This document shows, piece after piece, positions 22,934 through 32,089 of a stretch of 64,000 nucleotides of DNA. The translations under genes were made by a program, and so were the position numbers. The stretch is from Cyanobacteriota bacterium (GTDB taxonomy: Bacteria; Cyanobacteriota; Cyanobacteriia; PCC-6307; Cyanobiaceae). The stretch is from positions 96,001 to 160,000 of the forward strand of contig JBJOMY010000001.1 of NCBI GenBank assembly GCA_046052125.1, given 5' to 3'. Within the stretch, counting starts at the first letter, position 1. Every line of letters starts with the position of its first letter. The notes beneath the pieces are model-generated. The model was not told the origin of the DNA. It did not search any database and saw nothing but the letters and a program-made list of their open reading frames with translations.

Positions 22934-23593
22934 TCAGCCTACGAAGTTCGTCTGGTCAAGGCCATAGAGGCGTTGATCGGCGTCACCAAATCCGGGAAGG
23001 ATGCGCTGCTCGGGATCGAGCTCGGCGTCGATGCAACCGGTGTAGAGGGTGAGGTCTTCGTAGCGCTCCCCGAGCCGCTTCAAGCCCGGACTGGCGGTGA
23101 GGGCTGTGATCACCCGCACCCGAACGCCGCTGACGCCGCGCTGTTCCAGTTGTTCGAGCACGTGCAACAGGCTGCTGCCGCTGGCCACCTGGGGAGCGAA
23201 CACCAACACACCCGCTCGGGCTGGAATCTGCTCTGGCAGCCCGTTGAACCAGGTGCCATCCCCGCCGGGGTTAACCCCGATGTGGGCCACGGCTGCGCTG
23301 GGCACGACGGGCCGCGCGCCTTCCCATAGAGACAGACCGCTGCGGAGCAGGGGCACCGCCAGCATCGGGACGGACCCATCCACCACCGTTCCTTCGGTGG
23401 CCGCCAGGGGCGTTTTCACCTGCACGCGCTGATAGGGGATCCAGTCGCGCAGGGCTTCGTAGGTGAGCCAGCGCCCCAGTTCCGCCATGGCGGTGTTGAA
23501 CAGGGCAGCGGGGGTGTCTTGATCCCGCAGCAGGGTGAGCCAGTGGCCGATCAGTGGATGGGGCGGAACCACCACCCGCAGGGTCTTGCTCAT
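22934..23593 (-). CDS. upp: Uracil phosphoribosyltransferase (cyanobacterial type)
   Basis: HPLIGHWLTLLRD, VPLLRSG, ILPGFGDA; PRPP-site DPM is degenerate (APQVASG). Confidence 0.85.
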   Translation of the reverse strand: MSKTLRVVVPPHPLIGHWLTLLRDQDTPAALFNTAMAELGRWLTYEALRDWIPYQRVQVKTPLAATEGTVVDGSVPMLAVPLLRSGLSLWEGARPVVPSAAVAHIGVNPGGDGTWFNGLPEQIPARAGVLVFAPQVASGSSLLHVLEQLEQRGVSGVRVRVITALTASPGLKRLGERYEDLTLYTGCIDAELDPEQRILPGFGDADQRLYGLDQTNFVG

Positions 23594-23649
23594 CGATCGC
23601 GCTGCGGCGGCTGCCTGCAATAACTTGAGCGCCCCAACGTAGTGCTGTC

Positions 23650-24174
23650 GTGTTGTCTCTCCCTCGCCCACTGGTTGCCGCACTGCGGGCCTCCCTGGGT
23701 GTGGTGGTGGCACTGGCGTTGCCTCTGCTGCTCTGGTCGCAGCCGGCGGCGGCGATCACGGCGCCTGAACTGCGCAGCCAGCGCAGCCTTCAGGACCTGC
23801 AACCCGACATGCACGGCCGCAACCTGCAGCAGCAGGAATTCCTCAAGGCCAACCTCGAGGGCTTCAACCTCAGCGAAACGGATCTGCGCGGCGCCGTGTT
23901 TAACACCGCCAATCTGCAGGGGGCCAACCTGCACGCCGCTGATCTGGAAGATGCGGTGGCCTTTGCCAGCCGTTTCGACAACGCCGATCTCAGCGATGCG
24001 GTGTTGCGCAACGCGATGTTGATGAACAGCAAATTCGCTGGTGCTGAGATCGCTGGAGCGGACTTCACCGATGCGGTGTTGGATCTGCCGCAGCAGAAGG
24101 CTCTCTGCGGCCGGGCCGATGGCGTGAATTCCCGCACCGGCGTAGCCACCCGCGACAGCCTCAACTGCCGTTGA
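23650..24174 (+). CDS. Pentapeptide repeat protein with signal peptide
   Basis: A(N/D)LxxA repeats; C-terminal LC..ADGVN...TRDSL.C. Confidence 0.88.
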   Translation: MLSLPRPLVAALRASLGVVVALALPLLLWSQPAAAITAPELRSQRSLQDLQPDMHGRNLQQQEFLKANLEGFNLSETDLRGAVFNTANLQGANLHAADLEDAVAFASRFDNADLSDAVLRNAMLMNSKFAGAEIAGADFTDAVLDLPQQKALCGRADGVNSRTGVATRDSLNCR

Positions 24175-24202
24175 TGGTCTTGCGGTCAGACCCCTTACAT
24201 TG

Positions 24203-24336
24203 AGCCGATCGGTTCTTCGGGGGATCAGCCCGAAGAGGAAACGGGGAAAGTCCGGTGTGAATCCGGCGCTGTCCCGCAGCTGTGAACGGATCTGGCGTTC
24301 TCGCCCTGTTCCGCAGTCAGAACGCCCGCCGGTGAT
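24203..24336 (+). promoter_or_regulatory. Cobalamin riboswitch
   Basis: Conserved blocks GGGGAAAGTCCGGTGTGAATCCGGCGCTGTCCCGCAGCTGTGA and AGTCAGAACGCCCGCC, upstream of a Co/Ni transporter and cobW. Confidence 0.9.
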
Positions 24337-24370
24337 CCCCATTCCCCTCTGGCGCGGACCAGACCAAGAC

Positions 24371-24961
24371 ATGTTTCAACGCCTCATCCCGGCAGCGGGC
24401 CTTCTAGCCCTGCTCGCCGCCGGCCCCGCTTTGGCCCATCACCCGATGGAGGCCATGCACCTGGAGCCCACGGCGTTCACCGGCCTGATCAGTGGTCTCG
24501 CTCACCCGCTGTTGGGTGTCGACCATTTGCTGTTCCTGGTGGCCCTGGCCCTGGTGGGTGTGCAGCGCTCCGGTCGCTGGATGATCGCCATGCTGGCGGT
24601 GGGCTTGGGCGGTACGGCCCTTGGTCTGGCGTTGCCTGGCCTGCCCATGGCTGAGCTGCTGGTGGCGCTCACCCTGGTGGTGGAGGGTTTGGTGGTGGCC
24701 AAGCGCCTGCCCCAGGTGCTGCTGGTGCCTGCCTTCGCCCTGCACGGCTATGTGCTGAGCACCTCAGTGATCGGCTGGGAGAGCAGCCCGATCGCTGGCT
24801 ACCTGCTCGGATTGCTGATCAGCCAGGGAGCACTCCTTTTGCTGGCGCTGGTGGGTCTGCGTCAGGCCGCTTCTCGTCTTGATGGGTCGGCCCGCACGTT
24901 GCTGGCCGGTGCCCTGATCGGCATTGGCGCGGCCTTCAGCTTCTCCGCGCTGCTCGCCTGA
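24371..24961 (+). CDS. HupE/UreJ family cobalt/nickel transporter
   Basis: Signal-AHH, GLAHPLLGVDHLL, FALHGY; downstream of B12 riboswitch. Confidence 0.88.
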   Translation: MFQRLIPAAGLLALLAAGPALAHHPMEAMHLEPTAFTGLISGLAHPLLGVDHLLFLVALALVGVQRSGRWMIAMLAVGLGGTALGLALPGLPMAELLVALTLVVEGLVVAKRLPQVLLVPAFALHGYVLSTSVIGWESSPIAGYLLGLLISQGALLLLALVGLRQAASRLDGSARTLLAGALIGIGAAFSFSALLA

Positions 24962-24962
24962 G

Positions 24963-26084
24963 ATGAGCGCAAGAACTAGCCGTCTGCCGGTCACGGTGGT
25001 GACGGGCTTTCTTGGCGCCGGCAAATCCACGCTGTTGCGGCAGCTGTTGCTCAACAGCGGTCTGCGTTTGGCGGTGTTGGTGAATGAATTCGGCGAGGTG
25101 GGGATCGATGGCGATCTGATCCGCAGCTGCGGCTTCTGCCCGGAGGAGGAGCTCGATGGCCGTGTGGTGGAGCTGGCCAACGGCTGCCTTTGCTGCACGG
25201 TGCAGGACGAATTCCTGCCCACGATGCAGACCCTGCTGGAGCGGGCCGATCAGCTCGACGGGATCGTGGTGGAAACCAGTGGTTTGGCCCTGCCTGTGCC
25301 GCTGGTGCAGGCCTTCGGCTGGCCTGAAATCCGCACCCGCACTCGCGTGAGCGGCGTGGTGACGGTGGTGGATGGCGAGGCGCTGGCGGCGGGCAGCGTG
25401 GTGGGAGATCCAGCGGCCCTTGAGGCGCAGCGGCTGGCGGATCCCAACCTCGATCACCTGAGCGACATCCAGGATCTGTTCGAAGATCAGCTCGAGGCGG
25501 CGGATCTGGTGCTGCTCAGCCGAGCCGATTGCCTCAACGCCGATCAGATCGAGAGCCTGCGCGCTCAGATCACGGGGCTGACCCGCGAGGGGGTGTCGGT
25601 GATCCCGATGCAACGCGGTGAGGTGCCGGCGGCACTGCTGCTGGGCCTCGATCGCGCCGATTCGCACGATCACCCGGATTACGACCACGAGCACGCTCAC
25701 GGCCATGGCCACGGGCACGACGACCACGACCACGACCACGACCACGATCACGATCACCACCACGACCACGACCACGACCATCACGACCACACCCACGTGG
25801 CGATGCAGTCGGCCGTGTTGCGTTGGCAGGGTGCCGTGGATCGCAGCGCGCTGGAGGCGCGCCTGCGGGAGCAGATCAGCGCTCAGAACCTGCTGAGGCT
25901 CAAGGGCCGCGCCTGGCTACCGGGTAAGCCCTTCCCGCTGCAGATCCAGGCGGTGGGCCCGCGGCTTGAGTGTTGGTTTGACACCAGTGCCCCTGGCCAG
26001 CGGCCCCTGGAGGATGGCGTTGAGCTGGTGGCCCTCGGCCTATCGGTGGATGGCGCGGCTCTCGAGTTGGCGTTGCGGGCCTGA
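24963..26084 (+). CDS. cobW: CobW/COG0523 metallochaperone GTPase with His/Asp tract
   Basis: GFLGAGKST, NEFG, GCLCCT, ETSG, LRLKG. Confidence 0.9.
   Translation: MSARTSRLPVTVVTGFLGAGKSTLLRQLLLNSGLRLAVLVNEFGEVGIDGDLIRSCGFCPEEELDGRVVELANGCLCCTVQDEFLPTMQTLLERADQLDGIVVETSGLALPVPLVQAFGWPEIRTRTRVSGVVTVVDGEALAAGSVVGDPAALEAQRLADPNLDHLSDIQDLFEDQLEAADLVLLSRADCLNADQIESLRAQITGLTREGVSVIPMQRGEVPAALLLGLDRADSHDHPDYDHEHAHGHGHGHDDHDHDHDHDHDHHHDHDHDHHDHTHVAMQSAVLRWQGAVDRSALEARLREQISAQNLLRLKGRAWLPGKPFPLQIQAVGPRLECWFDTSAPGQRPLEDGVELVALGLSVDGAALELALRA
25666..25797 (+). repeat. GACCAC-type hexamer microsatellite encoding poly-(HD)
   Basis: Tandem cacgac/gaccac units within cobW. Confidence 0.85.
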
Positions 26085-26092
26085 AGGCTGGC

Positions 26093-26506
26093 CTAATCGA
26101 GGGGGAGATCCCCTTTGGCGCAAACGCCGTCCCAGCAGAGGGCCCGTTGGGCCGTCCACACCGGCTGCACTGACTTGCGGGCACCCGCCCGGTCGGTGAG
26201 GGTGACGCTGCCGCGGCCGTCGCTGCGGAAGTCGAGCCGGTGGGGGCCCACCTGCAACCACCAGTGCTCACCGAGCTCCTCGATCGTGAGCGTGCAGGGC
26301 TGCCAATCGCCCTGCTCCAGTTGGCATTCCACGGGCACGCTCAGGGCGTGTTGGGCCTGGGCGCGCTCGAGCAGCAGCTGCGGTGTGAGCAGCAATGCAG
26401 GGATCCAGAGCAGTCGGCTGGCAAGCACGGCGCGGCGGTGCGGCGGCTTTCTCCAACGTGACCACGGCGGCGGGGGTGCGTCAGCCGGCCTGCCAAGATT
26501 TAACAA
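26093..26506 (-). CDS. Hypothetical exported protein (true start probably nearer 26430)
   Basis: Signal-like segment then four Cys (VEC..PC..LCWDGVC). Confidence 0.6.
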   Translation of the reverse strand: MLNLGRPADAPPPPWSRWRKPPHRRAVLASRLLWIPALLLTPQLLLERAQAQHALSVPVECQLEQGDWQPCTLTIEELGEHWWLQVGPHRLDFRSDGRGSVTLTDRAGARKSVQPVWTAQRALCWDGVCAKGDLPLD

Positions 26507-26522
26507 TCCTCGTGGAGTTCAG

Positions 26523-26792
26523 GTGCCGCTCTTCTCCGCCCGCGTGCTGGTGTCCCTCAGGCCGTCGGTGCTTGATCCCGCCGGTGAGGCCACCCGGGCA
26601 GCGGCGGCGCGCCTCGGCGTGGATGGCGTGAGCCGACTGCGCATCGGTAAGGCTGTGGAGGTGGAGCTGGAAGCACCCGACGCTCAAACCGCTCGCCAAC
26701 AGCTGGAACTGCTCAGCGATCGCCTGCTCGCCAACCCCGTGATCGAGAACTGGACCCTCGAGCTCAAGGACGACAACAGCGCAGGAGCCTGA
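26523..26792 (+). CDS. purS: FGAM synthase subunit PurS
   Basis: [27 protein letters not shown] start. Confidence 0.93.
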   Translation: MPLFSARVLVSLRPSVLDPAGEATRAAAARLGVDGVSRLRIGKAVEVELEAPDAQTARQQLELLSDRLLANPVIENWTLELKDDNSAGA

Positions 26793-26794
26793 CG

Positions 26795-27448
26795 ATGACC
26801 CTCGGTGTTGTGGTGTTTCCCGGCTCCAACTGCGACCGGGATGTGCAGTGGGCTGCCGAGGGCTGCCTGGGCATCAAAACCCGTTTCCTCTGGCATGAGG
26901 AGCGCGATCTCAGCGGCCTCGACGCGGTGGTGATCCCGGGTGGATTCAGCTATGGCGATTACCTGCGCTGCGGCGCGATCGCCCGTTTTGCGCCGGTGCT
27001 CCAGGAAGTGGCGGCGTTTGCCGAACGGGGCGGCCGGGTGTTGGGCATCTGCAATGGCTTCCAGGTGCTCACCGAGATGGGTCTGCTCCCCGGAGCGCTC
27101 ACCCGCAACCAGAAGCTGCACTTCATCTGCGAACCCACGGACCTTCGCGTCGAACCAGGCCAGTGCTCCTGGCTGCAGGGGTACAACCGCGGTGAGGTGG
27201 TGAATTTCCCAATCGCCCACGGCGAAGGCCGCTACCAGGCGGATCCGGAGCTGCTGCAACAGCTCGAGAGCAACGGCCAAGTGGTGCTGCGCTACTGCAG
27301 CAATCCCAACGGTTCAGTGGGGGATGTGGCTGGCCTCACCAATGCCCAGGGCAATGTGCTCGGCTTGATGCCGCACCCGGAACGGGCCTGTGATCCGGCC
27401 ACCGGTGGTGTGGATGGACGCCGCTTGCTCGCCAGCCTGATCGGCTGA
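26795..27448 (+). CDS. purQ: FGAM synthase glutaminase subunit PurQ
   Basis: [30 protein letters not shown]. Confidence 0.96.
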   Translation: MTLGVVVFPGSNCDRDVQWAAEGCLGIKTRFLWHEERDLSGLDAVVIPGGFSYGDYLRCGAIARFAPVLQEVAAFAERGGRVLGICNGFQVLTEMGLLPGALTRNQKLHFICEPTDLRVEPGQCSWLQGYNRGEVVNFPIAHGEGRYQADPELLQQLESNGQVVLRYCSNPNGSVGDVAGLTNAQGNVLGLMPHPERACDPATGGVDGRRLLASLIG

Positions 27449-27455
27449 ACCTGGA

Positions 27456-28436
27456 GTGAAGCGGCGCCGGCTGCTGCAGGCGGGGATGGCGCTTGGGGCG
27501 GGGGCCGCGCTCGAGGGCGTTGCGTTTGGTCTGCGCCGAACTGCGCTCGCCGCCCCGGCAACGCTCCAACCACCTCCTTTGCGGCCGGGTAGTCGCATCG
27601 CTGCTCTCGCCCCCGGCACCTGGCTGGATCCGAGCGATCCCCTGCTGGATCAGCTCAAGCGCCGCTGCACCGCCCAGGGTTGGCAGTTGATCCAGCCGCC
27701 GCAGTTGCGGCAGCGCTGGCGCTGGTTTGCCGGAACGGATCAGCAACGCAGCCAGGCCCTGCGCAGCGCCTGGCTGGATCCAGAGGTAGATGCGCTGTTT
27801 TATGTGGGGGCCGGCTGGGGCAGTGCCCGCGTGCTTGAGCAGGGCTGGACCCCGCCCAGTGCACCGCGCTGGTGCGTGGGCTTTTCCGATTGTTCGGCCC
27901 TGCTTCTGGCCCAGTGGGCTGCTGGCAGCGCCGGTGCGGTGCACGGCTGGTTTGGCGGGGATGAGGCGCAGTGGCAGCGGCTGGTGGCCTTGTTGCAACA
28001 CCGGCCCACCAGCCCGCTCCAGGGGGTGGGCGTACAGGGCGGCAACGTGGAGGGACCGCTGGTGGTGAGCAATCTCACCATTGCCACCAGCCTCATCGGT
28101 ACGCCCTGGCTGCCCAGCCTCAAGGGGGCGATCCTGGTGCTGGAAGACACGGGTGAGGCGCCCTACCGGATGGATCGTCAGCTCACCCAATGGCGCAGCG
28201 CCGGGTTGCTGAAGGGGCTGGCGGGTATTGGCCTGGGCCGCTTCAGCTGGGCGGAAGACGATGTGCTTCCAGGGGATTTCACGCTCGAGGAGATCCTGCT
28301 GGAGCGGCTGCGACCGCTGGGCATCCCGATCGTGCGGGCGCTGCCGGTGGGTCATGGCCGCCCCAACCTGGCGCTGCCGTTGGGGGTGCGGGCCCGGCTG
28401 GATGGTGCCAGTGGCGTGCTCAGTATCGCGCCATAA
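27456..28436 (+). CDS. S66 family LD-carboxypeptidase with twin-arginine-like leader
   Basis: GFSD, LED, GHG catalytic triad motifs. Confidence 0.85.
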   Translation: MKRRRLLQAGMALGAGAALEGVAFGLRRTALAAPATLQPPPLRPGSRIAALAPGTWLDPSDPLLDQLKRRCTAQGWQLIQPPQLRQRWRWFAGTDQQRSQALRSAWLDPEVDALFYVGAGWGSARVLEQGWTPPSAPRWCVGFSDCSALLLAQWAAGSAGAVHGWFGGDEAQWQRLVALLQHRPTSPLQGVGVQGGNVEGPLVVSNLTIATSLIGTPWLPSLKGAILVLEDTGEAPYRMDRQLTQWRSAGLLKGLAGIGLGRFSWAEDDVLPGDFTLEEILLERLRPLGIPIVRALPVGHGRPNLALPLGVRARLDGASGVLSIAP

Positions 28437-28458
28437 AAAAGGGCCCTTGCGGGCCCTG
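28435..28458 (-). terminator. Terminator after 2-Cys peroxiredoxin
   Basis: AGGGCCC-loop-GGGCCCT stem followed by a T-run on the minus strand. Confidence 0.65.
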
Positions 28459-28479
28459 AATCGCTGGTTGAGCTGAGGC

Positions 28480-29070
28480 TCAGTTCACAGCGGCGAAGAA
28501 CTCCTTGCTCTTCACGGGGTCGGGGTTCATGGTCTTCTCGCCGGGGGTCCAGTTGGCGGGGCAAACCTCGTCGGGGTTGTTGCGGATGTGCTGGAAGGCC
28601 TGCAGCAGACGCAGGGTTTCGTCAACGCTGCGACCCACGGGCAGGTTGTTGATCGTGCTCTGCATGATCACACCATCAGGATCGATGATGAACAGACCGC
28701 GCAGGGCCACACCGGCATCCTCATCGAGCACCTCGTAGGCGCGGGCGATGTCCTTCTTGAGGTCGGCGACCAGGGGGTAGGCGATGTCGCCGAGGCCGCC
28801 GTTCTTGCGGTCGGTTTGCACCCAGGCGAGGTGGGAGAACTGGCTATCCACCGACACGCCCAGCACTTCGCAGTTGCGGCTGGAGAAATCGCTGTAGCGA
28901 TCGGAGAAAGCGGTGATCTCCGTGGGGCAGACGAAGGTGAAGTCGAGGGGATAGAAGAACAGCACCACGTACTTGCCGCGGTAGGAGGAGAGGGTCACCT
29001 CCTTGAATTCCTGATCCACCACAGCGGTGGCGGTGAAATCAGGAGCCTGCAGACCGACGAGCCTGGACAT
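28480..29070 (-). CDS. 2-Cys peroxiredoxin (AhpC/Prx1)
   Basis: [24 protein letters not shown]. Confidence 0.95.
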   Translation of the reverse strand: MSRLVGLQAPDFTATAVVDQEFKEVTLSSYRGKYVVLFFYPLDFTFVCPTEITAFSDRYSDFSSRNCEVLGVSVDSQFSHLAWVQTDRKNGGLGDIAYPLVADLKKDIARAYEVLDEDAGVALRGLFIIDPDGVIMQSTINNLPVGRSVDETLRLLQAFQHIRNNPDEVCPANWTPGEKTMNPDPVKSKEFFAAVN

Positions 29071-29221
29071 AGGTACGCAACAGTGTGTTTTGGACTTGGG
29101 AAGGCCCGCGCGGGTAAACCCGTACGCGGATCGACTTCCAGTTGTCGCTGTGACAAGTTATCACGCTTTCTGGTGGTTCTGGGCCCGCCTACGCTGCAGC
29201 TACTGAAGGAATGACCCGCTG

Positions 29222-29494
29222 ATGAGCTGGGATCCGACCCTGTTGCGCAAATACAGCAGCACCAACCACTACAAGCTGCTCAACCAGGTGCGCAGCGATC
29301 TCAAGGAGCAACCGATCCAGCGCTCCAGCGGCCAGGGCAGCCGGCGTGGCAGTGGTGGAAGCACTGGCAGTGGCGGCTCCCGCCGCCGCAGCACACCGGT
29401 GCCCCAGCCCGTGCCGATCAGCTCTCAATCCACACCGGCCAACAGCTTCGATGCTTTCGTCACCGTGCCGGTGTTGATCGAATCCTTCGAGTGA
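29222..29494 (+). CDS. Small hypothetical protein
   Basis: N-terminal WDPTLLRKYSSTNHYKLLNQ resembles a recurring picocyanobacterial small protein; strong codon bias. Confidence 0.65.
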   Translation: MSWDPTLLRKYSSTNHYKLLNQVRSDLKEQPIQRSSGQGSRRGSGGSTGSGGSRRRSTPVPQPVPISSQSTPANSFDAFVTVPVLIESFE

Positions 29495-29518
29495 GCGCCG
29501 GCGAGCGCTCGGCCTGCT

Positions 29519-29797
29519 TCAGGCCACGCTCACCCCGCGCCAGAAGGCCACCCGCCCTTTGATTTCAGCGGCAGCTTCCTTCGGCTCCGGATAAAACCAG
29601 GCGGCATTGCTGTTCACCTGGCCGTTCACCACCACGTCGTAGTAGTGAGCCACACCCTTCCAGCCGCAGGTGGTGCGGTGCTCTGACGGCTGGAAGTGCT
29701 CCATCTGGAGGCTGCTTTCCGGGAAGTAGGCGTTGCCTTCCACCGTCACGATGTCGTCGCTGCTGGCGATCACCGCTCCGTTCCAGCTGGCTTGCAT
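29519..29797 (-). CDS. DUF427 family protein
   Basis: VEGNAYFP, TCGWKG.A.YY, AAWFYPEP, VAFW. Confidence 0.88.
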   Translation of the reverse strand: MQASWNGAVIASSDDIVTVEGNAYFPESSLQMEHFQPSEHRTTCGWKGVAHYYDVVVNGQVNSNAAWFYPEPKEAAAEIKGRVAFWRGVSVA

Positions 29798-29838
29798 GGG
29801 CTGCCTGCGAAAGTTCACATCATGGAGTCCCATCCCCC

Positions 29839-30042
29839 ATGAGCTCCCCGGCTTCTGTTGCACCGCTCAATTCCACGGAGTGGAAGGTGGTGCGCCTTCC
29901 CTCCGCCCTTGATGCTGCCCGCTCCACCGAGCGACGCCGGCCCTGGCTGAGCCGCAGCGAGGAGCAGGCCAAGCAGGAGGAGCGGATTGCGCGAGTACGG
30001 CGGGAGAACGGCATTCCAGCGCCAGACGAATGGATGTGGTGA
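29839..30042 (+). CDS. Small hypothetical protein
   Basis: ORF fills the gap; coding-like composition only. Confidence 0.45.
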   Translation: MSSPASVAPLNSTEWKVVRLPSALDAARSTERRRPWLSRSEEQAKQEERIARVRRENGIPAPDEWMW

Positions 30043-30089
30043 GCGGCCGCGATCGGCACTGATGATGCTCAGCAATTGATCAGCCGTTC

Positions 30090-30392
30090 ATGCGCCGCCT
30101 GCTCGCCGCCCTGGCCCTGTCTCTCTCTGCCGCTTCCCCTGCTCTGGCCCAGGGCAACGGAGCCGAGGCGATCGCTGAGCAGCAGCAGCTGATGCAGAAC
30201 CTGCTCAATAACGCCATCGTGGCGATCGAAAACAACAACCAGCCCCAGGCCTGTGCGCTGCGCCGCCAAGCCGCCGGCATCCTCTCCGCCAATTTCCAGG
30301 CCTTTGAGGCGGTGTACCCCGCCAACAACTGGAGCGATCTGCAGACCTCCCTGCAGGGCAGCTTGAACAGCTGCGCTGCCAAGGGCTACTGA
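30090..30392 (+). CDS. Small secreted hypothetical protein
   Basis: Signal peptide ending ALA, two Cys, strong codon bias. Confidence 0.7.
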   Translation: MRRLLAALALSLSAASPALAQGNGAEAIAEQQQLMQNLLNNAIVAIENNNQPQACALRRQAAGILSANFQAFEAVYPANNWSDLQTSLQGSLNSCAAKGY

Positions 30393-30439
30393 GCGATCAG
30401 GGGTCGGCCTTCACGAGTCCTTGATGTTTTGGTGTCAGG

Positions 30440-32089
30440 GTGAAGCAGAGGCTGGGAGCTCTGGTCATTCACAGGACTTGGCGTTGGTGGGTGGCCCTGC
30501 TCTGGGCTGCCGCGCTGGTGTTGTTGTTCACCCACCTGGGTGATCTGCCGCTGCGCGACTGGGATGAATCCCTGGTGGCGCGCGTGGCTGAAGAAATCAG
30601 CCTGCGGCCGTTCCCAGAGAACCTGCTCCCTACCCTTTGGGGTAAGCCCTATCTGAACAAGCCACCGCTGCTGCATGGGCTGATCGCTGCCGTGATCGGC
30701 CTCTGGCATGCGGGTTCTGGCTCTGAACTCGGCCGCCAGCTTCCGCCGGAATGGCTCGTGCGAGCGGTGCCTGCGGCCTGCTCAAGCTTGATCGTGCCGC
30801 TGGTGGCGATGGTGCAGTGGCGTCTCAGGCCAGGGGATCGGCTTGCGGCGGTGTGTAGTGCTGCGGTGGCGCTCACGCTGTTGCCGCTGATGCGTCACGG
30901 CCGCCTGGCCATGCTCGATGGCACGTTGATCAGCGCGATGGCGCTGCAGTGGTGGGCCCTGTTGAGCCTTCCTCGCCAACTGAGGCCATTGGCTCAGCGC
31001 CGCTGGGGCGTGATCGCTGGTCTGGCGGGCTCCGCGATCCTGCTGTTGAAGGCTCCCGCAAGCCTGCCGTTGCTCGTCGGGGCGTGTCTGCTGCTGGCAT
31101 TGGAACAGCGCTGGCGATTGCGCCAGTGGCTGCCGTTGTTCGGCTGGATTGCCGTGGGCCTTTTGCCCGGTGTGCTCTGGCATGGCTGGCATTTGTTGGA
31201 ACGGGGCCCGGACGCGCTCACGATGTGGAGCGGCCAGGGCATGGCCCGGGTGGTGAGTGAAATCGAGGGCCATAGCGGTGGCCTGCTCGTGCCTGTGGTG
31301 GAGGTGTTGGAAGGAGGCTGGCCCTGGCTGGCCTTGTGGCCGTTGGCGATGGTTTGGGCTGCAGCTGCGCGGCGGGAGCGCTGGGGTTTTTGGGCCCTTG
31401 GGTTCACTGCACTCACGGCTGCAGCGGTGTTGCCGCTGCGCACCCAGCTGCCCTGGTACAGCCATCTGCTCTGGCCGGCATTTGTGTTGGCCGTAGGGCC
31501 AGTGCTGGCTGAATTGATCGAGCGGAAAGGCGTGGAGCCGCTCTGGTGGAACCGCTGCCTGCGCTTGGTGCCCTGTTTCTGGCTCCTGGGCGGCGCCTCG
31601 ATCTTGATCCTGCAGGGGCAGCTGGGCGTGCCAGCCACCATCACCATCCCTGCTGCCCTGGCACTGCTGGTGGGTGGCTGGTTGTTGCTGGCTAGGGAGC
31701 AGCGGCTGCGGCGCCTGGGGGCGTTGGCGTTGGTGGGGTTGCTCTGGTTGGCCCTGCTCAATTTGTTGTCCAGCCGTGCGTGGCTGTGGGAACTGAATGA
31801 AACCTGGGCCGTTCAGCCCGTGGCTGCTTCGATCAACGCTTTGCCGGAGACGTCCAAAGCGTCTCGGGTGCTGTGGCTGGGGGATGAGCGCCCGAGCCTT
31901 GATTGGTACCTCGGCCAGGAACTGATCAGCGGTCGCCAGGCACGCAGGGAGTTACGTCGGAGTGACCACGCGTTTCTGATCCTCAGCTTCAAGGATCCAT
32001 CCACTCCGACCCGTGATTGCACGCGCTTACAACCCGGCTCCTCAGGCCAAACAGAATCACCGCAGTTGTTCCGTTGCGAGCAACGCTGA
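30440..32089 (+). CDS. ArnT/PMT (GT-C) family glycosyltransferase
   Basis: LRDWDE, NKPPL, RLAMLD, many TM helices. Confidence 0.85.
   Translation: MKQRLGALVIHRTWRWWVALLWAAALVLLFTHLGDLPLRDWDESLVARVAEEISLRPFPENLLPTLWGKPYLNKPPLLHGLIAAVIGLWHAGSGSELGRQLPPEWLVRAVPAACSSLIVPLVAMVQWRLRPGDRLAAVCSAAVALTLLPLMRHGRLAMLDGTLISAMALQWWALLSLPRQLRPLAQRRWGVIAGLAGSAILLLKAPASLPLLVGACLLLALEQRWRLRQWLPLFGWIAVGLLPGVLWHGWHLLERGPDALTMWSGQGMARVVSEIEGHSGGLLVPVVEVLEGGWPWLALWPLAMVWAAAARRERWGFWALGFTALTAAAVLPLRTQLPWYSHLLWPAFVLAVGPVLAELIERKGVEPLWWNRCLRLVPCFWLLGGASILILQGQLGVPATITIPAALALLVGGWLLLAREQRLRRLGALALVGLLWLALLNLLSSRAWLWELNETWAVQPVAASINALPETSKASRVLWLGDERPSLDWYLGQELISGRQARRELRRSDHAFLILSFKDPSTPTRDCTRLQPGSSGQTESPQLFRCEQR

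Noticed and set aside
24200..24370. N-terminal extension of the HupE/UreJ ORF
   Set aside because: This is the cobalamin riboswitch leader
25666..25797. Repeat tract as a possible CRISPR array
   Set aside because: Coding hexamer microsatellite with no spacers; no cas genes seen
29149..29165. CRP-like site TGTGA...TCAC
   Set aside because: Spacer is 7 nt rather than 6; kept only as an unassigned palindrome
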